Source: Octopus sinensis
Lineage: Eukaryota
DNA length: 8,641 bases
Reading direction: 5' to 3'
Assembly: GCF_006345805.1 (NCBI RefSeq)
Contig: NW_021828371.1
Location: 1 to 8,641 of the forward strand
In this document: piece after piece, positions 1 through 6,610 of the stretch
Position numbering within the stretch: position 1 is the stretch's first letter
How the letters are laid out: the number at the start of each line of letters is the position of its first letter
Program-made: the position numbers and the translations under genes
Notes under the pieces: model-generated
What the model was told of the DNA's origin: nothing
Seen by the model: the letters and a program-made list of their open reading frames with translations, nothing else
Databases searched by the model: none

Positions 1-182
1 TTTTAAAGACTAATTATTGGGGTAAAAGTTTATATCCACAGTTTATCATTATCATATCACCTGAAAGGTTCAGCTTCCTCTTTTCATCATTTCATGTCTG
101 ACGTCCATACTGGAGCAGTTTGATGGTTTGAGCAGGGCTGGCAAACTGCAGAGCTGCAGCACCCTCCAGTCTGATTTATGAT

Positions 183-810
183 TTCTTCTTCTTCGTCTTC
201 TTACAGCATTCACCCGGGGTGGGTTCAGCTGGCTTCATTCATCCTCAATGTTGCATCTCTCACAAACGCTGACCAGGCCTGGCGATTTGAGGCTAACGAC
301 CTCGTGATCTCCAACCACTCCTTATTCCAGCAGCGAACGGCATAGATATGGGGGCCTAGGTTGGGTTCCAGATCAGCCAGGTTTTTCGTTGTCCACCACA
401 TCGCTTTCGCCAACCCTGAAGGGGAGCTGGGGCAATTGCTTCGTAGGTTGGGTTCCAGATCAGCTTTGACTGTCATCAGCCAGGTTTTTCATTGTCCACC
501 ACAACACTTTCGCCAACCCTGAAGGGGAGCTGGGGCAATTGCTTCGTAGGTTGGGTTCCAGATCAGCCTTGACTGTCATCAGCCAGGTTTTTCGTTGTCC
601 ACCACATCGCTTTCACCAACCCTGAAGGGGAGCTGGGGCAATTGCTTTGTAGATGAATTCTGGTTGATGACGGAGGGCATGACCCATCCAACGCAGACGT
701 CTCATTAGGATGACTTGTCGGAGGGAGGTGATTCTGCACTGGTGTCGCACCGAATTGTCAGAGACAAAGTGATGCCATCGGACACAAAGGATGCGGCATA
801 GACACTTCAC
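183..810 (-). mobile_element. 5'-truncated RTE-clade LINE 3' end (ORF2 C-terminus, 3' UTR, (GAA)n tail), internally duplicated
   Basis: Minus-strand translation, joined across the repeats, gives CLCRILCVRWHHFVSD...RRLRWMGHALR...GGQRKTWLMTVKADLE...WLEITRSLASNRQAWSAFVRD, typical of RTE ORF2 C-termini. Stop at 225-227, then CCCCGGGTGAATGC and a TTC-repeat tail at 183-201. Confidence 0.85.
357..649. repeat. Tandem triplication within the RTE fragment (87 + 103 + 103 bp)
   Basis: Units start TAGGTTGGGTTCCAGATCAGC at 357, 444 and 547. Unit 1 lacks 16 bp between two ATCAGC direct repeats. TAG microhomology at the junctions. Confidence 0.95.
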
Positions 811-1280
811 AGGGTACTTTTATGTGAATCCATGTACTTGCAATTTCACTTTGATGAAGAACAATCACAAGTGCTTGGGGCCACCAGGAGGATGAGTCTG
901 AACATTTCTGCTGTGGAGTATGGGTCTTTATCATATCACCAGGTTTTTCGTTGTTCACCAACCCTGAAAGGAAGCTGGGGCAATTGCTTCGTAGATGAAT
1001 TCTGGTTGACGACGGAGGGCATGACCCAGCCAATGCAGACGTCTCGTTAGGATGACTTGTCGGAGGGAGGTGATTCTGCACTGGTGTCGCACCGAATTGT
1101 CAGAGACAAAGTGATGCCATCGGACACAAAGGATGCGGCATAGACACTTCACAGGGTACTTTTATGTGATACCACGCACTTGCAATTTCACTTTGATGAA
1201 GAACAATCACAAGTGCTTGGGGCCACCAGGGGGATGAGTCTGAACATTTCTGCTGTGGAGTATGGGTCTTTATCATATCA
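583..1280. repeat. Tandem duplication (356 bp + 342 bp) spanning the LINE 5' truncation point and flank
   Basis: 583-938 and 939-1280 are near-identical. ORFs 613-810 and 955-1152 are offset by 342. CCAG microhomology at 583, 939 and 1281. Confidence 0.95.
939..1152 (-). mobile_element. Second (duplicated) copy of the RTE LINE segment
   Basis: Encodes CLCRILCVRWHHFVSDNSVR...RRLHWLGHALRRQPEF, a duplicate of 583-810. Confidence 0.85.
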
Positions 1281-1449
1281 CCAGAAAAGTACTCTGTCCT
1301 GACTTTGCTCATCCACACTTCTTCCATCTACTTTGAAAGATCGGCAATTCTTTACAGAACTGTTTTTGTCCGGCTGAGTTGTTAAGGTAAATGTTTATCT
1401 CAATAAAAGTGAGTCTGTATATTTTAAGTAGTTTCTACATTTTACACTG

Positions 1450-1469
1450 TTGTTTCTCTATAATTTCAG
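1450..1469 (+). promoter_or_regulatory. Candidate 3' splice acceptor of ZNF copy 1 coding exon
   Basis: TTGTTTCTCTATAATTTCAG, a pyrimidine tract plus AG (1468-1469), identical in the paralog at 8116-8135. Confidence 0.7.
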
Positions 1470-1486
1470 AACATCAGGTGACAGAA

Positions 1487-2376
1487 CATCATCATCTTCA
1501 TTGTTCATCCGTGATTGAGACAATGGAATTTACCATGCTATGCCAGACTTCACGGTCCATCATAGCATTACGGAGGTTCTGTTGCTGGATGCATGTATCC
1601 CTGGAGATTACATCAGGGTAGGAGAGTGTGCACCCTCTGGTATCGCGACCGTGGTCGAGACAATGGAGTTTACCATGCTACGCCAGACTTCACGGTCCAT
1701 CATAGCATTACAGAGGTCCGGTTGCTGGATGCATGTATCCCTGGAGATTACATCAGGGTAGGAGAGTGTGCGCCCTCTGGTATCGCGACCGTGGTCGAGA
1801 CAATGGAGTTTACCATGCTACGCCAGACTTCACGGTCCATCATAGCATTACAGAGGTCCGGTTGCTGGATGCATGTATCCCTGGAGATTACATCAGAGTA
1901 GGAGAGTGTGTGCCCTCTGGTATCGCGAGTAGATGGCTTCCAGAGGAGAAGAGTAGAAATTGCCTCGTTTTCAGCTCTACAACAATGTCCAGCAAACTGG
2001 ATTCTTCTACCTTTCACAAGAGATGACACAGGTGGTAATTTCCCATATATTTGTACTTTGGTTGGATGACGCTTCCACGAGAGATTTTGAGCTCTCATAA
2101 GGAGGCGAGTGTAGGTTCCATCCAACTGCCTCTCAAGCTTCTTTGATAACGTCCAGGTTATGAGCCATATAGTAGAATTGGTTCGACTGTGGCTTTGAAG
2201 ATTTCAAGTTTGAAGTCTCTACTTAGATTTGATGACCAGATCTTATGCTTGTCATTACAGGCTGACCAGGCCATACCCTTTCTAGTTAGAAAGTCTTTTC
2301 CAGCTGATGATATGTATGACCCAAGATATTTGTAATCAGAAACCATATTTAAGGGCACATTGTTGTTGTTGTTGTT
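1487..2376 (-). mobile_element. 5'-truncated RTE-superfamily (RTE-X-like) LINE with 9-bp TSD GTGACAGAA
   Basis: Minus strand encodes YKYLGSYI...VEPILLYGS/TWTLSKKLERQLDGTYTRLLMRAQNLSWKRHPT...RRIQFAGHCCR...LLLWKP...AMMDREVWRSMV. Frameshift near 2158, stop at 1498-1500, (GAT)n tail at 1487-1497. TSD at 1478-1486 and 2377-2385. Empty site in the paralog at 8144-8152. Confidence 0.9.
1509..1928. repeat. Three tandem 140-bp copies of the LINE 3' coding end
   Basis: Units 1509-1648, 1649-1788 and 1789-1928, each ending CCCTCTGGTATCGCGA. Confidence 0.97.
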
Positions 2377-2377
2377 G
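2360..2377. repeat. (TTG)6 microsatellite at the LINE 5' junction
   Basis: Read directly; its last G is the first base of the right TSD. Confidence 0.9.
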
Positions 2378-2686
2378 TGACAGAAGAAGCAACCTCAGTA
2401 TCTACAATGTTTTAAAGACTAAAGGAAAATATCATACAAAACAAACATATATTGTTTCTATGAATCTGTGAAAGAATTCGTTTGAAACATTTGCTCTGAA
2501 ATAATATTATTAGCCAAATTTCTGAACATTGCTGACTAGAGTGACAAGAAAAGAAGCTTGTGTGAAGATTAAGATTGGATAAAGTAGAAATTTATGTAAG
2601 CAATGAAGTAAAAAAACGAAGGCAGGAAAAATATATCAACTGGGATTTGAGAGGAAAAGTAAAAGAAATTGATTTCCCCTGAACGC

Positions 2687-3043
2687 ATGAGAAAAGAGAT
2701 GAGATCATATGACTGTGATATCTGTACAAAGTCGTTCTCTCGGAAAAGTAACCTAATTATGCACAAACATACTCATACAGGTGAGAAGCCATATCACTGT
2801 GATATTTGTGGTAAATCATTCTGTAACGATAGTAACTTATCTAGACACAAACATATTCATACAGGAGAGAAACCTTTGCACTGTGATATCTGTGGTAAAT
2901 CATTCTCTCAAAGTTGTCACTTATCTACACACAAATATATTCATACAGGAGAGACACCCCATCATTGCGATATTTGTGGTAAATCATTCTCTCAAAATAC
3001 AGCCTTAACAGAACACATACGTATTCATACAGGAGATAAGTGA
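2687..3043 (+). CDS. Residual open frame: 118-aa, four-finger C2H2 protein (translation unproven)
   Basis: [35 protein letters not shown]...HIRIHTGDK*. The first ATG in the supplied ORF 2669-3043 is at 2687. Confidence 0.5.
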   Translation: MRKEMRSYDCDICTKSFSRKSNLIMHKHTHTGEKPYHCDICGKSFCNDSNLSRHKHIHTGEKPLHCDICGKSFSQSCHLSTHKYIHTGETPHHCDICGKSFSQNTALTEHIRIHTGDK

Positions 3044-3623
3044 TTTCTGTGGTAAATCATTATCTGAAAATTGTGACTTACCAAACACATATGTATTCAT
3101 ATGAGAGATAAACCTTATCAGTGTGATATCTGTGGTAAACTCTCAAAGTATTCATTTAAGTCGACACAAACGTACTCATACAGGAGAGAGACCTTATCAT
3201 TGTGATATTTGTGGTAAATCATTCTCTCAAAATACAGCCTTAACAGAACACATACGTATTCATACAGGAGAGAAACCATATCATTGTGATATCTGTGGTA
3301 AATCATTATCTGAAAATTGTGACTTAACCAAACACATACGTACTCATACAGGAGAGAGACCTTATCATTGTGATGTCTGTGGTAAATCATTCTCTCAAAA
3401 TACAGCCTTAACAGAACACATACGTATTCATACAGGAGAGAGATCATGTTATTGTGATATTTGTGGTAAAACATTTTCTGAAAGTACTGCCTTAAGAAAG
3501 CACAATCGTATTCATACAGGAGAGAAGCCATATCACTGTGTTATCTGCGGTAAATCATTCTCTACAAATAGTAACTTCATGAGACACAAACTGATTCATA
3601 CAGGGGTGAAAGGAAAAGGGTAG
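2687..3623 (+). pseudogene. C2H2 (Kruppel-type) zinc-finger gene, 11 fingers, disrupted by three deletions
   Basis: 84-nt periodic CxxC...H...H fingers with TGEKP-type linkers. Fingers 1-4 are intact, followed by TGA at 3041-3043. Deletions of 11 nt (after 3040), 1 nt (about 3080) and 5 nt (after 3139) relative to sister fingers. First Cys of F4 at 2966 and of F7 at 3201 gives 235 = 252-17. Fingers 7-11 are intact, but their frame has no ATG until finger 11. Confidence 0.85.
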
Positions 3624-3644
3624 TCTCTAGTTTCTTGGTTGCTA

Positions 3645-4054
3645 TACTCTTTACTCTCTTTTACTCTTTTTCTTGCTTCAGTCATTTGACTGCGGCCATG
3701 CTGGAGCACCGCCTTTAGTTGAGCAAATCGACTCCGGGACTTATTCTTTGTAAGCCCAGTACTTATTCTATCGGTCTCTTTTGCCGAACCGCTAAGTGAC
3801 GGGGACATAAACACACCAGCATCGGTTGTCAAGCAATGCTAGGGGGACAAACACACACACACAATTTACAGGCACACATATATATATATACATATGTATA
3901 CGAAAGGCTTCTTTCAGTTTCCGTCTACCAAATCCACTCACAAGGCATTGGTCGGCCTGGGGCTATAGCAGAAGACACTTGCCCAAGATGCCAGGCAATG
4001 GGACTGAACCTGGAACCATGTGGTTGATAAGCAAGCTACTTACCACACAGCCAC
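3645..4054 (-). mobile_element. tRNA-derived SINE (octopus-type), near full length
   Basis: Minus strand has A-box-like TGGCTGTGTGG (4043-4053), B-box-like GGTTCAGTCCC (4000-4010), CTTGGGCAAGTGTCTT, an internal CA/TA microsatellite (about 3850-3900) and an AAGAGTA-like repeated tail (3645-3670). Family assignment is from recall. Confidence 0.85.
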
Positions 4055-4322
4055 GTTAATATTCCTGTGTTTCATGCAATGTAAATTATGACTAAAATAT
4101 TTACAAAAATTTCAGATTTTCTTTGTTTTGTTTTTGCGATATTCATCTCCTCCTCCTCCTTTCTTGACCACTCATGTTCTTTCCTTGCCATGGTCTAAGG
4201 AACTCTTATACCGAATCTCCTCCCCTGACCACCCCTACACATTATTCGTTCTTGAATATCGCATCCTGTAATCACAGCATATTTTATTGTTTGTTGTATT
4301 TTAAAAGATTCACTCATTAAAT

Positions 4323-4670
4323 CATCATCATCATCATCATTTAACATCCGCTTTCCATGCTAGCATGGGTTGGACGGTTTGACTGAGGTCTGGCGAACCA
4401 GGCTCCAATCTGATCTGGTAGAGTCTCTACAGCTGGATGCCCTTCCTAGTGCCAACCACTCCAAGAGTGTAGTGGGTGCTTTTTATGTGCCACCAGAACT
4501 GAGGCCAGGCAAGGTTGGCAATGGCCACGATCCAATTGTGCTTTTTACATGCCACCGGCACGGAGGCCAGTCGGGGCAGCGCTGGCAACGGCCAAGTTCG
4601 GATGGTTCTCTTACATGCCACCAGCACTGGTATTACAGCTACAATTTCCATTGATTTTGATCGATTTCGA
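4323..4670 (-). mobile_element. SINE-like non-autonomous retroelement with (GAT)n tail and internal 62-67 bp sub-repeats
   Basis: (CAT)6 at 4323-4340, then TTAACATCCGCTTTCCATGCTAGCATGG and GGATGCCCTTCCTAGTGCCAACC, a motif I associate with RTE-related elements. Related copies at 82 and 4765. Right boundary approximate. Confidence 0.75.
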
Positions 4671-4764
4671 TTTATCTCTTATATGAAGTATTTCTGGCCC
4701 TAACTCTCATTTGTCCCTTTATCTTTCAGTATATTGCTATCGATATTACACACATTTTATCTCT

Positions 4765-5497
4765 TCATCATTTAACGTCTGTGTTCCATGCTGGCATGGG
4801 TCAGACGGTTTGACAAAGATCCAGTGTGTTGAGGACTGCATTGTTCTTCAGTGTCTTCTATGGCAGGATATCCACTTTACACACTGTATTGTAAAATAAT
4901 AATAATGAAATTATTGTATACAGTGCTCAGGTGCACCACAACTTGTCAAAAAGTGCACCTAAAGTCTGGAAAGCAAACAATGTATGAGTCAGATAAATGC
5001 TTGTGTGTGTATGGAGGGGAGAAAATCAGGTGTAGTGTTGGCGAACCTCAGGAAGTTTTGAAGGATGCAGTGCTCCGACAACTTACAACTGATGCCGGCA
5101 GTTTGTTCCATGTTTCAGCAACTCTTAGTGTGAAATAAATGTTTCCGAAAGTCATGGAAGGATCTATGCTGTTTTCTGACTTTGTAAAGATGTCCACGGG
5201 TGTTAGACAGGTGGAGTTTGAAAAGGTGCTCAGAGTTATTGTTTGTAAGATGGTTAATAATTTTATGGGTGTCTGCCAAGTCAGCTGCCAGACGTCGGAG
5301 TTTCAATGTATCCATGCCCAGGGATGTAAGGCATTCAGAATATGGCAAATGCCTAATGGAGTGTATTCATTTGGTTGCACGTCGCTGAACGGCTTCCAGA
5401 CGATTAATATCCTGGGCAAGATAGGGGTTCCAGACCGGTGATGCAAATTCCAGGTGCGGTGTTCTTTACTCATGTCACTGGCACAACTGAGGGCACA
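4765..5497 (-). mobile_element. Third copy of the CAT-tailed SINE-like family, split by a CR1 insertion
   Basis: 4765-4891 TCATCATTTAACGTCTGTGTTCCATGCTGGCATGGG...CCACTTTACACACTGTATTG. Resumes at about 5458-5497 (GGTGTTCTTTACTCATGTCACTGGCACAACTGAGG, cf. 4475-4504). Confidence 0.6.
4894..5460 (-). mobile_element. 5'-truncated CR1-clade LINE 3' end
   Basis: Minus strand encodes PHLEFASPVWNPYLAQDINRLEAVQRRATK*IHSIRHLPYSECLTSLGMDTLKLRRL...TRGHLYKV...RVAETWNKLPASVV...FKT, the CR1 RT C-terminal signature. In-frame stop at 5367-5369, frameshift near 5130-5165, (ATT)n tail at 4895-4906. Confidence 0.9.
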
Positions 5498-5645
5498 TTG
5501 TAGCTCACAAGTAAACAAACCCAGGGAGGGAATATGTTGCCACTACAAGGTAAGTAAGGTTAAGTCTATGAGAGAAGGGTTTGAAGCAGATCAGATTGTT
5601 GTGAAGGAGCTGTATGGCTAATCACATATAGGAGGAAAAGTCGGA

Positions 5646-6136
5646 CTGAACTAGAGGTATCTCTGAGGATGGTTAGCACACCGGGCGAAATGCTTAGCAG
5701 TATTTTGTCTACTGTTACGTTCTGAGCTCAAATTCCACTAAGGTCGACTAAGCCTTTCATCCTTTCGGGGTCGATAAATTAAGAACCAGTTACGCACTGG
5801 GGTCGATATGATTGACTTAATCCGTTTATCTGTCCTTGTTTGTCCCCTCTATGTTTAGCCCCTTGTGGGTAGTAAAGAAATAGGTATCCCTGACGAGATT
5901 AGGCATCGGGGTGGACCTTGAGGCAGCAGGTGGGGGTAGTCATGGTCCGCTATTGTGGGTGGAAGGGAGGTTGGCAACATTTGTAACACTTGAGGGAAAG
6001 GGGTCTGAACTAGAGGTGTCTCTGAGGATATAAGGCATCGGGGTGGACCTTGAGGCAGCAGGTGGGGGTAGTCATGGTCCGCTAGTGTGGGTGGAAGGGA
6101 GGTTGGCAACATTTGTAACACTTGAGGGAAAGGGGT
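5646..6136. repeat. Two tandem 132-bp G-rich units, the first interrupted by a SINE
   Basis: 5901-6004 and 6033-6136 differ at one base. CTGAACTAGAGGT(A/G)TCTCTGAGGAT occurs at 5646 and 6005. Confidence 0.9.
5672..5881 (+). mobile_element. tRNA-related SINE, second family, 5' end clipped
   Basis: GTTAGCACACCGGGCGAAATGCTTAGC...GAGCTCAAATTCC (degenerate B box)...GCCTTTCATCCTTTCGGGGTCGATAAA...AAAGAAAT. It interrupts a 132-bp repeat unit, with a degenerate TSD AGGTATC(T/C)CTGA at 5655-5666 and 5882-5893. Confidence 0.8.
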
Positions 6137-6276
6137 ACACCTGTTGGGGAGGATCCAGAGATAGTAGAAGTACGGTGATGATGATAATTATGACCACGGG
6201 GAGCACACAACTAAAGCTATTACAGAGATTTCAAATTGTGAAATTACATGAAGAATTAAGGAGAAAAAATAAGGCT

Positions 6277-6291
6277 GAGAGAGAGAGAGAG
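6277..6291. repeat. (GA)n microsatellite
   Basis: Read directly. Confidence 0.85.
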
Positions 6292-6544
6292 ATTAGGAAG
6301 TTATTATTCGATGAAACAATTTAAATAATTAGTTTACGAAAGTAAATATTAGCAATAATTCACGTTCGATGAAGGAAGGAAGAGGTTGGCGTCAAGAAAG
6401 GTTATTAAACTAAAAACAACTCTTTAATAAAACGGGGCCCACGATGAATGGATCAATTGTTGCTGTGGATCGAACCTACAAACCAAAATCATTATACAGT
6501 TTGTTAAAGGGAGGTAATTAGTCTTTGATGTCTTATTTCATGAG

Positions 6545-6610
6545 ACGAGAGACGCATGCGCATTGAACGTGGTTCCTTCTTGATGTTGACTTCCGGGTCA
6601 AATGTACGCA
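6545..6610 (+). promoter_or_regulatory. Candidate promoter of ZNF copy 2 (NRF1-like plus ETS motifs)
   Basis: CGCATGCGCA at 6553-6562 and ACTTCCGG at 6589-6596 in a small CpG cluster within AT-rich DNA. Candidate donor GTAAGT at 6744-6749. Confidence 0.45.

Larger units (their letters stand above)
67..1269 (-). mobile_element. Old, diverged SINE-like element (CAT-tailed family, also at 4323 and 4765) interrupted by an RTE LINE fragment
   Basis: 82-183 (TCATCATTTCATGTCTGACGTCCATACTGG...GATGGTTTGA...CTCCAGTCTGATTT) aligns by eye to 4323-4415. Similarity resumes after the LINE (CACTTCACAGGGTACTTTTATGTGATACCA near 1145-1174 vs GGGTGCTTTTTATGTGCCACCA 4474-4495). A 17/18-bp direct repeat TTATCATATCACC(T/A)GAAA flanks the block at 49-66 and 1270-1287. 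Confidence 0.55.

Noticed and set aside
1-13. TTTTAAAGACTAA matching the ZNF exon leader (2410, 8177), suggesting a third paralog
   Set aside because: Only 13 AT-rich bases at the window edge, and similarity stops immediately after. Upstream sequence is needed.
357-1928. Regular repeats as a CRISPR array
   Set aside because: The units are contiguous 87-356 bp duplications of LINE sequence with no unique spacers and no cas genes, in eukaryotic context.
1391-2026. Plus-strand ORFs with repeated peptides (1391-1621, 1540-1761, 1593-1901, 1733-2026)
   Set aside because: Antisense shadows of the triplicated LINE segment.
3041-3055. Read-through or editing of TGA 3041 restoring the frame (-11 and -1 sum to -12)
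   Set aside because: A TAA follows four codons later in the same frame, and the -5 deletion shifts the frame again.
3118-3531. 137-aa minus-strand repetitive ORF (also 2569-2766, 8300-8551, 8355-8588)
   Set aside because: Antisense frames of the zinc-finger exons; the periodicity comes from the 84-nt finger repeat.
3123-3623. Independent 166-aa ZNF gene
   Set aside because: Starts at a GTG within a frameshifted finger and has no ATG until the last finger. It is the 3' half of the broken gene.
3985-4054. tRNA gene
   Set aside because: The A/B boxes belong to a SINE head, and I could not form a convincing cloverleaf.
5547-5555. Perfect splice donor AAG|GTAAGT
   Set aside because: Isolated among repeat fragments, with no supportable exon.
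5855-6121. Pro-rich 88-aa ORF with a 44-aa repeat as a gene
   Set aside because: Explained by the 132-bp duplication, ends inside a SINE, has a non-ATG start and no recognisable domain.
6383-6420. Possible very old plus-strand copy of the GGTTGGC..AGGAAGGGCATCC motif
   Set aside because: Too short and diverged to support without an alignment tool.
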